In this document: piece after piece, positions 40,643-52,626 of the stretch | Position numbering within the stretch: position 1 is the first letter of the stretch | How the letters are laid out: every line of letters starts with the position of its first letter | Program-made: the position numbers and the translations under genes | Notes under the pieces: model-generated | Database searches by the model: none | What the model was told of the DNA's origin: nothing | What the model saw: the letters and a program-made list of their open reading frames with translations, nothing else | Assembly (NCBI GenBank): GCA_045837725.1 | Contig: JBEWZL010000013.1 | Span: forward strand, 248,001 to 312,000 | Direction of reading: 5' to 3' | Source of the DNA: Vermamoeba vermiformis | Lineage: Eukaryota | Length of the DNA stretch: 64,000 bases

Positions 40643-41271
40643 ATATCCCCGTGCAGTGCGCGCAGTTCGTGCTGCAAGTAGCGCAGTGTCTTGCTCTTGC
40701 TCAGCACTAGGGTCGCACCGCCTGGTACGCAGTGGTCAGTAGTGTGCAGCAACAGTGCAAGACATACCTCCGCACCACGTGAGATTGACGGCATCAGTGG
40801 GCACTAAGAACTCAGGGTACTGCGCTTGTTCTTGCCTGCTCGCTTGCATCAGCGACGCGAATTTCTGAGCACGTGTCAGCGTGTTGTGTGGAAAGATACG
40901 CACCTTACTGTGAACTGCGGTGTTATTTCACTGTATTCTAGCCGTATTTTATCTTCTGTTACTTCAATGTGGCGCAGTTTGCTGTTGCGATCTGGATTTA
41001 ATATAATATTCTCTCGCAATTCGGAGCTAATTTCGCCAGCGAGTAAATTAACCAACACATCTGTTCGTGTAATTTTTTCAAAAATTGCCACGGCTCTATC
41101 AGCTTGTTTTGGCGCCGTGTCACCGAGATCGGGCCTAGATCCAGAATTGCAATATGTTCTATTGGCTATACATGCACGCGAATTGCGGTTAAATACAACG
41201 AGTTTGGTGATATGTTGTGTATTTAGCTTCTTGCTGTTGGATAAAAGTGTAGACAGAGTTTGGCGCAACAT
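40633..41271 (-). CDS. Hypothetical protein with a mitochondrial-presequence-like N-terminus (3 exons)
   Basis: MLRQTLSTLLSNSKKLN...RTYCN; GT-AG splicing continues KFASLMQ...NLTWCG/GGATLVLSKSKTLRYLQHELRALHGDMEE*. Confidence 0.55.
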
Positions 41272-41510
41272 CTGGACGAGTAGAGCTTACTTCAGCTCAG
41301 AGCATGTGTAATTGCGAGGCACCTTATGCAACGATTGCGTTGTTGTAAATGCCGTATTGTTGCAGGTATTCAGCAGCTTTTGCGCGATATTTCCTCATTT
41401 TTTCTCCGCGAGAAAACTGTGGCTGCAATTTCTGGGCCATTCAACACACAACGCCAAAACTCAGCACCACACGTCCCGCTTTATTGTCATTACAGTGCAT
41501 ATTACCCACG

Positions 41511-42598
41511 ATGCCCCTCATTGTAAAGATTAAGTACGGCACTGAAATTAGAAGATTCACCTTGCAAGACCCCATCTCTTACAACGTGCTTTGTCGCACT
41601 CTAACGGAGTTATTTCCGCACAACAATATCACATTTTCGGATAGCTACACTATAAAGGTAGGTTGCTTATGGAGTTCTTCGAATTACCAATTCAGATTCG
41701 GAAATTGACTTTTAATTTTTAGTATTTTGATGACGAGGGAGATTTAGTGAGCATTGAAACGGACGAGGAATTATACGAAGCAAGTAGATTAGCAAAATCT
41801 CACAGCAATGTTTTGCGCTTGGAATTGTTCGTGAAGCGCGATCATGCCAAGACCAATCCATCGCGCCCCATCCGCGAAGAGAACGTTGAAATGAGTGTTT
41901 CAGCGAGTGAACTGGACAATTCATTGGCACCTCTCACTGACAGCATTAAATGCTCGTCTATCTACGCCAGTCAATTGCCCGTGCTGCCACAAACGCTCAA
42001 GCGCGCTGCATCTACCGGTACGTGCCCTCACCAGCCAGTGCCACGCACTCGCAGTACTGACCAGTGTGCTGTTCTAGAGCCCACGCCAGCCCCCGAGCCC
42101 AAGAAGCAGCGCATGGACGAGTCCTTGAGTGCCAGTCGTCGCGGTGCCCTGACGCAGAGCTGTGCCCTGATGAGCTCGCAGATCAAAGACGAGTGCGCGG
42201 AACTGAGCAGCCGCACAGCGAGTGACTGCAACACCGCGGCACAACTCATCTCCTCGCAGTGTCGTGTCAGCAGCGAACAGATGGCCAGTGCCATGCGCGG
42301 ACACGAGAGCACCGCACACCTGGCGCAGAGCACGAGTGAGCACTGTCAACAGCTCTCGCACGAGATCTCCAAGCAGTGCGAGCTCGCGGTGAATGCCACC
42401 AGTCAGCTGTCGCGCGCAGAGAGTGACAGCACGAGTCAGTCCACGCAAGAACTGTCCAATCAGATTGCGCGCTTGATGCTCGGTGCGCAGGCTGAAGATG
42501 TGCAGCAAGCACAGCTCGTCAAACAACTCTCCTCGCAGACCAAGGCCGATTGTCTCAAGCACGCGGACAGCATTGTCGCGACTATCATGGCCCTCTAA
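41511..42598 (+). CDS. PB1-domain protein with C-terminal 11-residue Cys-periodic helical repeats
   Basis: MPLIVKIKYGTEIRRF...YTIK/YFDDEGDLVSIETDEELYEA (PB1 with basic Lys and OPCA motif). Confidence 0.85.
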
Positions 42599-42857
42599 GC
42601 ACTCGCGAGTGTGTAGCTGGATGTGACCCAAAATTTTGTAAATATCGTGTACGAACTGTAGAATTACTTTGTATAAATGTACAAATTTTGACTGTAATCA
42701 CCGTGATTCAGTGAATGGAGTTGGTGCCGATCATCTACCAGGGCTCTGCAAATAACACGTGAAAATTATTTCTGTCAATCATTCGCTACGAGAACAAGCG
42801 CAACAATACTCGTGATTTGTATATAGTGACGTCATATTATTGTAGTGCCGGCTCGCG

Positions 42858-45042
42858 ATGATTACATTTCAACTCTTTGTAACTGTCGCGTTGTGCTCGC
42901 TGATCGCCGCGCTGTTTCTGCGGATGTTGCGATCTGGTTCTCAGCCGTCAAAAGGAAGCGTCTCCACCATCAAAGAAAATACTCCTATAAATAACAATAC
43001 TAGTCCATCATCCACTGATTCATTGAAGACCTCACAACCCAAATCCCTTACGATCGTGTACGCCACTCAAACAGGCACGAGCAAAGTCTACGCGGACAAA
43101 TTAGCCGCAGCAGCCCAGTCCTTGAATATAGAGGTAGGTGCATATTTAGTGGTGTTCAGGGGAATTATAATTATAATTATTTTTTCTCATTAATTTCTCT
43201 GCCGCCGAACAACACCCTTGTACCCAATCCATATAACTCACACGCACGTATTGTCGCAGAATATTAAAGTGCAAGACATGGCTGAACTCGATCCAGATGA
43301 GATCACAGCTCTGCGCGGTGAACAAGCCGTGCTGGTGCTCATCGTCAGGTACGCACACAATATTGCTCAAACACTCACTCACACTGTGCAGTACGTGGCA
43401 GGACGGTGGTGCCCCGCCCAATGCTGAGCCCCTCGCGCGCTGGTTGCGTGAAGAAGCACGTGATTTCCGCGTGTCAAAGACGCACCTCGCTGGTGTCAAG
43501 TGTGCCGTGCTGGGACTCGGCAATTCTATTTATGGCAGCACCTTATTTGGCAAGGCAGCACGTGATCTCGACCACGCCCTGCGCGCACTCTCAGCGACAT
43601 CGGTGCTGCCAGTCGCGGTGCTGGATCAAGACAGCGGCACAGATCTGGCCGTGCAGTACCAGACGTGGCAAGACAAGCTGTTGCGCGCACTGAGCGAGCA
43701 CACGACACACACTGCTGTGCGCGCGCGAGTGACGACCGAGGACGAGGAGCTGCTGGAGTCTTCGAGCGATGAGGAGGGCGAGACTGAGCCCATGCTGGAC
43801 CTCGAAGACCTCGGTGGTGCACTGCAACAGGCGAGCAAGAAGAGTCGCGACGAGGACATTGTGATCACTTCACGCGACGAGCTCAAGCTGCTGCAGAAAG
43901 AGATGGTCACGCCCTCACTCGCCAAGTCCCTCACCAAGCAGGGCTACAAGCTGATTGGCTCGCACAGCGGTGTCAAGTTGTGTCGCTGGACCAAGGCCAT
44001 GCTGCGCGGTCGTGGCGGCTGTTACAAGCACAGCTTCTACGGCATCACGTCCTATCAGTGCATGGAGATGACGCCCTCCCTCGCGTGTGCCAACAAGTGC
44101 ATCTTCTGCTGGCGACACCACAAGAATCCAGTCGGCAAGGGCTGGCGCTGGAAGGTCGATGCCCCCGAGTACCTCTACGACCAGGCCATTGCCCTGCACC
44201 GCGCCATGATCCGCGAGTGTCGAGGTGTGCCCGGTGTGAGTGCTGAACGCTTGGCTGAAGCAGACATGCCACGCCACTGCGCGCTGAGCTTGGTGGGTGA
44301 GCCGATCATCTATCCGTACATCAACGAGTTCATCGATCTGCTGCACAAGAATCACATCTCCTCGTTCATGGTCACCAATGCACAGTTCCCAGACAAGATT
44401 GATGAGCTCAAGCCCGTCACACAGCTCTACATCAGTGTGGACGCAGCGACCAAAGAGAGTTTGAAAGCAGTCGACAGACCGCTGTTCGATGACTTTTGGG
44501 AGCGCTTCTTGGCCTCAATCGACTCCCTCGCCAAGAAGGGTCAGCGCACAGTGTTCCGCTTGACGCTGATCAAGGAGTGGAACATGGCTGAGGTGCACAA
44601 CTACGCCTCACTCATTGCACGCGGCAAGCCAGACTTTGTGGAGATCAAAGGTGTCACTTACTGCGGCACATCCAAGGCCTCACCGCTGAAGATCAGCAAC
44701 ACACCCTTCCACGAAGAGGTGGTCAAGTTCACGCAACAGATCTGCGATGAAGCGAACAAGATTCTCGGCGAGGACAACTTCTACGACCTCGCGTGTGAAC
44801 ACGAGCACAGCACTTGCATGCTGCTGGCCAACACCAAGAAGTTTAAAGTCGATGGTGAGTGGTACACGTGGATTGACTACGACAAGTTCCACGAGCTGGT
44901 GGACACCAACACACCCTTCTCGAGCGAGGACTATCGTGCCCCCACGCCTTCGTGGGCTGTGTTTGGCAGCAAGGAGCACGGTTTTGATCCTGAAGAGACG
45001 CGCTTTCAACGCAAGAAGAAGCCCCCGACTCAAGGCTGTTAA
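42858..45042 (+). CDS. TYW1: tRNA wybutosine-synthesis radical SAM enzyme TYW1 (transmembrane anchor, flavodoxin, radical SAM; spliced)
   Basis: YATQTGTS flavodoxin, GSHSGVKLCRWTK, GCYKHSFYGI, CANKCIFCWR, HCALSLVGEP, EIKGVTYCG. Confidence 0.97.
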
Positions 45043-45103
45043 TTGAGTCATCTTGTATTTAGTTTTCGAAAGTAAATTTACAGTTAAAGTAGCTACAGCT
45101 ATA

Positions 45104-47190
45104 TTACAGGAAGTTGAGGTCAGTTTGATACAATCCAATCGCCATCAAGCAGACTTGATCGCGTTTGAACGTCGCATCTGTGATAAAATCTTCTTTGTTT
45201 GAGAACACAAACACCTTGTGACGCGTGGTGAGGGTGAAGAGCTCAGCCTGATCAATAATGCATATTAATACACGTAGTTGCGCGTACAATACCTACCTTG
45301 CCACTCTGATGCAAGTAGTACAACAGATTTTCACACTGTGCTTCAGAGCCAGGCCGCGGTGTCAATTTGAGGATGGTCTTGATGATGCTCGTGTTGGCAG
45401 CGATGGTTTTGACTGTGTTGATAGGCACCACACTCATCAGCTCCAGCTGTGCGGGCCTAATGTTCCTGTTAAACAACGCCGTCGTGAGTGGGATTCGACT
45501 TACATCTCGAGCTTGGGTCCAGAGACAGTGACCATGTCCAGCACGCAGATCAGTTTGTTGTGCTTGGTCAGTTCGAGCATTGGTGCTGCATTGAGGAGTT
45601 GATAGCTCTGCTGCACCTTCGACACTGTCAGCTCACTACTCGCAGGCTGAGGTGGTGGCGGTGGCGGTGCGCTGAGAGTGGGTGCGCTGAGAGTGGGTGC
45701 GGTGCTGGGTGGTGAATAGCGCTGCGAGTAGCGCATCTTGTCTCTGTCGGGTGATCTGTCGCGATAAGTGCGTGACGTGCGCAGTGGTGAGGGTGAGCGG
45801 CGGTGCGAGGAGTGCGGTGAGGGCGAGCGACGATCAGACCACGTGCGCGAAGAGTGATAGGGCGAGTGTCGCGAGCGCGGTGGTGAGGGTGAGCGGCGGT
45901 CAGGGGTGCGCGAGTAGAGTGAGCGCGAGTCTCGCAAGTCACGTGGCTTGTCTTTTTCACGCGAATTGCGATTGCGAGGGCGGAATGAGTCACGTGATCC
46001 GTCGTATGAACCACGTCCTCGGCCACGTCCTCTGAACCCTCCACGTGAAGGCGGAGGAGTGACGCGCTGTTTGAGCTCTTTGACCTGTGCATCGTTGTAG
46101 CCCATGTCGAACAGGTCCCACTCGTCCATGGCAGCCAGGCGTTCAATCTCCGCGCTGTCTGTGGGCAGTGAGAGCCCTGGCGCGACTTCTCCCTCGTCAC
46201 TGACACTCGGGGCAGGGAGTGGCACGGGCTCCACTGGCACCTGATTGGTCAGTTCAGCGATCAGATTGGGCGTGTAGTTGGGCAGGCGCGGGTCGAGTGG
46301 ATTGGTGTACACTGTGCTTGTCGTGCTGCTAGTGACAGGTGTCACCGTCGAGGGTTGTTCCGCGACAATGTTAATGTTGACACTTTTGACACGTTGACAC
46401 TTGCCGCAGAGACAGTACATGCGCGACAGCACTTGAATGTCGGGCTGACAGCTCGCGTGATAGGCCGCACAGCAGTCAAAGCAGTACAAGAGGGGCTGAC
46501 CGGATTTGGCGCCTTCACCGCGGCACACTTGACACACGTGGCGCGGACAAATAAATGTTCCGCTCTCTTTTCCTGTTTTGGTCAAGCTGTTGCTGCGCAC
46601 ACAACTCTCGTGATAAAATTTGCCGCAAATGAGCAGACAACACTTCTGCGGGGGCGAGGGGTCACTCGTGTCGTGACAGATGAAGCACGTGCGCGTGTTG
46701 TTGAGGCACTCGTTGCAGTAGTAGTGCGCGGTGTGATCTGGCGCGAGATTGAGACAGCTGCGGTGATAGGCACGGCGACAGGACCCGAGACAATATAGCA
46801 GATCTGTGTCTCTGCGACAAATGTTGCAAATATCATCGGCCTATTGTGGGTATAGAGGCATTAATAGGAGAGTTAAAAGGTTGTGTTAAGTACTCACTCC
46901 TGAAGGTGGATCTGCAGTACGTGCTTTCTTGTTCGACTCTGTTTCTGCTGGCAGTGACTCAACCTCCTAGACCAGAATATAGTTGAGTAATAGGGACTAA
47001 TAATAGGCCTTATTTGGACTCACCGAAATCGTTCGCTTGCGAGAATCGTTTAGGTCTGAAAAAATAATTAATATTTTATTAAAAATAATTCGCTAATGCG
47101 CGTAATCATCTTATTATAGCGCTGAAATGATATGAACACTTAAAAGAAAATATTTAGCGGATTTATTATCGAGTTTTGCGTACCAGACAT
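45104..47190 (-). CDS. Protein with NSD-type tandem PHD fingers, an RS/SP-rich region and a C-terminal globular (possibly SPOC-like) domain (spliced)
   Basis: ICNIC...YCLGSCRRAYHRSC...CFIC...CGKFYHESC...FICPRHVCQVC...CFDCCAAYHASC; RSPSP repeats; no SET domain seen. Confidence 0.8.
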
Positions 47191-47408
47191 TTTAAGTGTC
47201 AAGCATTGGATGGGGGCCGTACAGGATAATATGCAGATAATAGCTCCTCCTACAATATAGATAGTTTGACTACCTGCCTCGTGTTCAGTACACACAATTG
47301 GAACAAAGTAATTTGATCGAGAATTCGACATTTTAATTCAACCAAGCCACTCAAGCAACACGACGCAGCCTCGTTTATAGTGCCCAATATAATTATACAT
47401 CATATACT

Positions 47409-48847
47409 ATGGCAAAACCAACTACCGGCGATGAAAATTCAATGAAAGGCAATGTAAGTCGAAAACATTATTATTACAGCACAATATTACAAATAATATA
47501 CAAGAAATTCAAATATTAGAACCATTCGTGTACCATAGCAGCAGTACCCCCGAACAATAATTCCCCGATAGTCTTAAATTTCCTCGCAGGACTTGCTCGA
47601 GCCCTTCAACTACATTGCCAGCTCGCAGAAAGAAGGCGACACCTTGCAGTCGCTGCTCGTCGAGGCATTCAACGCGTGGATGCAAGTGCCGCACGACAAG
47701 CTCGAACACATCAAGAAGATCGTCTTCATGCTGCACAATGCCAGTCTGTTGTACGTACTAGCGCACTAGTCCCTCCCTGGCCCTACTGACCGCAGCAGAG
47801 TGGACGACATTGAAGACGGGTCCAAGATGCGTCAAGGAGCACCTGGTGAGTCACACTGCTGCACGAATGATCTTTATTATTATTGCATATCTAATGACCC
47901 CTCGCACTAGTGGCGCACAACATCTATGGACTGCCGAGCACGCTGAACTGCGCCAATCTGGTCTACTTCATGGCCCTCGAACACTGTCTCAAACTCGATC
48001 ACAACAACAACGACAACTCCATGCGCGCCACTGCTGTCTTCATCGGTGCGTCGTGCTGATCGTTACTGTCTCATCTAACGGCGCTAACAGAGGAGTTGTT
48101 GAGTTATCACCGCGGCCAGGGCCAAGAGATCAATTGGCGCGAGAGTGCGCAGTGTCCGAGTGAGGAGCAGTACCGCGCCATGGTGATCGACAGTGCGTGC
48201 TTGTTGGGCACCTGTTGCGGATGTTAATCGTTGTATTCACAGAGACTGGTGGCATATTGCGACTTGGCATGAAATTAATGCAATTAATAAGTCAGGACAA
48301 CAAGTAGGTATTTCCATAAAAGGCTATTCCGTGCTTACAGCTCAAATGCGCAGAAATTACACGCCACTCGTCAATCTGTTGGCACTTTATGTGCAGCTGA
48401 TCAGTGACTACATTAATCTGGACTACAATCACCAGCAGAATGTCAAAAACAAGTCTGTGTGCGAAGGTGAGAGTGACACTTTTGATGACACGTGTCACAT
48501 ACTGACACGTGCGCAGATATCACAGAAGGCAAATTCTCACTGCCCATCATTCACTCTGTGCACCGCAATCCAGAGGATCATCGCCTCTTAAGTACGTCGA
48601 TGCAGAACTCGATTTGACACGTGTCAAAGTGCTTGTTAACAGTTTTATTGCAGATATTCTCAAGCGACGCACCTCCGACGAAGAGCTGAAGAAGTACGCC
48701 TCGAATCTGATTCGCACCAATGGGTCCTTTGACTACACGATCACGTGCATCGACCAGCTCCTCGCGGAGATTTCGCGTGAGATTTCAACGCTCGGTGGCA
48801 ACGATAAGCTGATGCTCATTGTTAAAAAATTGCGTGGCTCCATTTAG
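47409..48847 (+). CDS. GGPP synthase (GGPS1/BTS1-type) paralogue with degenerate catalytic motifs (multi-exon)
   Basis: [59 protein letters not shown]. Confidence 0.9.
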
Positions 48848-48896
48848 CCCTTGTAACCGTTCATAAATGTCCTCACGCTATCAATACGATCAGTCG

Positions 48897-49670
48897 TTAT
48901 TTGCGCTGTACTCGCAGCAGTGCTAGTCGTTCCAGATCTGACGCACGACGCATGACCACACTGACTTTCAATTGACAGCGTGTGGCTGTCTTGACGATGG
49001 CTGGCAGCTGTTCTTCGAGTGCAATGAGCCAGCCCACACCCCGCGCACTCAGCAGCAGTGCCCAGTCCTGCAGCACTTGTTCGGTCAGTGCCACTCCTCC
49101 GCGACCCCCCGACCACGCAGCCCACAAATCACGGCCTTGTTGGGCACGCGTCCATTCAGCGCCGTGATCAGGTGCATCGTCCTCTTCAGTGGGCACATAG
49201 GGTGGATTGCACAGCGCAACATCGACACAGCCGTGCAAGCGAGGCATGAGGGGTGTGGCTCGATCTGCGCCAATGAGCTCGAAGTGACCGAGCGATGCAC
49301 CTCCGTTGTGCGTTACAGTCAGGTGCGTGGCATCGAGTGCGTGTCTGTTGATGTCGCACGCGTAGAATAAGCGACTCTGTTGTGGCTGCAGTTTGGCGAG
49401 CAATTGCGCGAGAAACACGATCACGACACCACTGCCTGGTCTGCGGGGGTAAATTGATAATATTAACAAGTTATTAAATATAGTTAGTACAAACCCAATC
49501 TCTAGGATGACTTGCGGATTTAGTGCTTGCAATAATTCGCGATCTTTTGTCAGCCCATCCAAAAACAAGAATGAATCCTCTGCTGGCTCGTAAAAATTTT
49601 TATAATCAGCGCGCTTAAAATGATCAAGAGAGGGAGTGGGATATTCAAGCGTCTCTTTGGAATAAATCAT
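48897..49670 (-). CDS. N6AMT1: HemK2/N6AMT1 (Mtq2) glutamine methyltransferase (1 intron)
   Basis: YEPAEDSFLFLD, LEIG/PGSGVV, DIN, NPPYVPT, WSGG. Confidence 0.93.
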   Translation of the reverse strand: MIYSKETLEYPTPSLDHFKRADYKNFYEPAEDSFLFLDGLTKDRELLQALNPQVILEIGFVLTIFNNLLILSIYPRRPGSGVVIVFLAQLLAKLQPQQSRLFYACDINRHALDATHLTVTHNGGASLGHFELIGADRATPLMPRLHGCVDVALCNPPYVPTEEDDAPDHGAEWTRAQQGRDLWAAWSGGRGGVALTEQVLQDWALLLSARGVGWLIALEEQLPAIVKTATRCQLKVSVVMRRASDLERLALLRVQRK

Positions 49671-49781
49671 CGGTCTTGTGGTGATCTACAATGCGCAACG
49701 ATTTTTTTCCTCAGTAATTACAAACCCCCCAAACCCAATACAGCACAACAATCGAGCCAATTTTGATATATTAGTCAAGAT

Positions 49782-50458
49782 ATGTCTGTGTTTGCTGAGT
49801 TTGATGCCAAATTCGCGGGGCCTACCAATGCCTTTGCATATAACAAAGACGAGCCTAAGCGCATGAGACTGGATGCGAGGGCCGCTAATCGCTTTATTAT
49901 TCATGCAATCAAACAAACACAAGAGATCGCCAAAGATATTGCTAGTAAGTACTTATACCTAGTCGAGATATTGGAGTTGGAAATTTAATGCAATTTAATT
50001 CCAGAAAAAAAGAAAAATCAAAAGAACGTTGAAAACACCGCTAAAGTGATGGTACGACGTTCATTGCGTATTATGATGAAAGAATCGCCATTTTCCTTCG
50101 TTAAGGATCAGACGGAGGTCGAATTCAGTAAGTTGATGGTGGATGGACGTTACTAGTTGCTAAAACAGCGCTTAGTGCAAGCACATGGCAACACTATGGA
50201 TAAAGCAAAGAAAATTTCCAAGAAGAAACGACAGGAAGCGATTAATAAGCGTCGATCGTTGCCCAGTATGTCTCCACACCGCACCGAGTGTTAATACTAA
50301 TCAACACTATGCCAATAGGTCCTACTAAAACTGAGCCCAACGCCGATGGCAGTGTAGCAGATGCTAAGCCTGCATCTGGTCCTGTACCACTCACGCTACA
50401 CATTGCACTGCCTTTCTTTTCGAGCAAACTGAACGAATTTAACTTTAACAAGCAATAG
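49782..50458 (+). CDS. Small basic hypothetical protein (spliced; 3' end tentative)
   Basis: Open Lys-rich exons separated by GT-AG introns; no family recognised. Confidence 0.45.
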
Positions 50459-50550
50459 AGGTGAGTACAATGTTGTATTATTGGTCAGTATAGTAATGTA
50501 TAATAGCTGTAAATAAATGTTTTTTAATGACGAAGATCCGACGTGTCACG

Positions 50551-52403
50551 ATGACCACACAAGGTATATCTATACAATAATCTAATGCGAATGAAATATA
50601 TTTACATTGTTTGTAGCATTGATAGCGTGTTTGGATACACTTGACACCAATCCTACAAAGAATTTAGATCTCTTGTTCGAACTGAGCCGCGATCTGGTAG
50701 TGAGGTATTAATTTTTGATAAATAACAGCCACATCGATTCACGTACTAATATAGAATAGACAAGAAGCAGCGCGTCACAACACCATTCCAAAATTAAGCA
50801 CATTATTCAACCAATATTACCCTCTGCGCAATGCATCGAGTGACAATACAGCGCTGCTATTTAAAATATTGCGAGTCATGCGCAATTTGTGCGGTAATGT
50901 TCCTGAAACTCCGATCGCGATCAGGTTCGTTCGCTTCGTATGCATGTCGATCTGTTGCTTACACCAGTGCTAGGGACGCGCAAATATTAGAGCACAGCTA
51001 TCACCTGCTCGACGAATACACGCACAAGACAGCACTGAACGAGCACGACTATCTCTTGCTGCGCACTATCGTCACACTGCACTCGAACATGGTGATCAGC
51101 AGTGCGGAGATTAAGCGCGAGATTTGGGAGCGCGCAGTCAACTCGCAGCTGTACTGGCACGTGACACAGCTGGCACACACCCCACTCAATGCGCACATTG
51201 CGATGTGTTTGTTGAACTGCACCGCGACTGATGCAGCACTGCGGTATGACACACCGAGCCAGTCACAGTGAGGTACTGACGATTGACACGCAGAGAACAG
51301 CTCGTGCAAGACAAGCCAGCCATGCACTTGTTCATGAAACTGCTCGATCTGGCTGCTCACGAGACAGATGAACACGACAATGTGAACACGAGTGTGTTTT
51401 ATTGGACGTAAGTGTCGATCTACAGTGCTTGCTGTGGTGCAGTGTTTGACACGTGTCATTCAGATACCTCGTGTTTCAGAAGTTGCGCGACAGATTTGAC
51501 GAGTTGATGGTGCTGGCACGTGACACTGACTGGCACAAAACTGACCAATCAGAGGACAGCGAGCCCACGAGTGTCCGTCAAGTGCTGCTGCTCAAGTTCT
51601 TGGAAGCGAGTGTGGAGGAGTTGAATGCACACCCTGAACTGATGGACCACGAGCACAAAGCACGCATGTTGAAGTATTTGGAGCAGCGATTCGAGGAATT
51701 GGAGGCCAAGGAGCTGGTGTTCACGGCGCGGATCAAGTTCAGTGACGAGGCTCAGTTCAAACGAGATCTCGATGCATTATATTTAGTGGCACGTATTCTC
51801 AGTCACGTGCTCGAGTGTGCCAGCAGCGAGGAAAAAGAATTGCTGCGCACTGCAGGGCTGTTAATTACAGTCATTCGTAAGTGACGCGAAGAGAACTCTT
51901 ATCATCCGATTGACACGTGTCAAACAGGCATGTTCAAGAACTCGTTAGATCACGAAGCTGAACTAGAACGTGCGCGCAAAGAGACAGGCGTTGATTTGAA
52001 GCGCGAGAAGATGGCCAAGACGCGCATAGTGGAGGACGAGTTCAATTTCAAAGTGGAGCTGATGAAAATAGTGTGCAACATGTGTTATCGACACCGCGCC
52101 GCTCAGGATGAAGTGCGCGCATTGAAAGGTCTGCCAGCGATATTGAACCACTGCAACATTGACGACAACAATCCCTGTAAGTACTCGTCATATGATGTCC
52201 AGTGAGTGTGACTGATGCGTGCAGTAGACATCAAAGAATGGGCCATTGTGACGCTGCGCAACTTGTGCGAGAACAACGTGGAGAATCAAGAAGTGATTGC
52301 GAGTCTGAAGACACAAGGCATATTGGCCAGCGACGAGCTCGAACGATTGGGCCTGCAAGCCAAGCTCGAGGACAGCGGCAAGGTGACCATCAGCAAGAAG
52401 TGA
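50551..52403 (+). CDS. ATXN10: Ataxin-10 family ARM-repeat protein (spliced)
   Basis: RVMRNLCGNVPET; C-terminal FKVELMKIVCNMCY...QDEVRALKGLPAILNHCNIDDNNP/YIKEWAIVTLRNLCENNVENQEVIASL. Confidence 0.92.
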
Positions 52404-52626
52404 ACGGCGTGTTGGACATAATCTGTGCGAGGAGTAATATCACTTGGAGGGGCATGATAGCAATACGATGCAAACAGATAGCTGCGCTGGTGCTCAAAAT
52501 AAAACTGAAATTCCGAGCACGTGCTGGTGACACGATTGTGATTGGACAATAATTATCGAACTAACAATTTAGTTTCTATTAATCGACCACAACGATCATA
52601 TACAGCAAGCATTTGTAGTAATTAAG

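Noticed and set aside
1224-49670. Functional clustering of RNA-modification and Fe-S genes (MMS19, WDR4, SLX9, TYW1, N6AMT1)
   Set aside because: They are interspersed with unrelated genes; no evidence beyond chance in a dense genome
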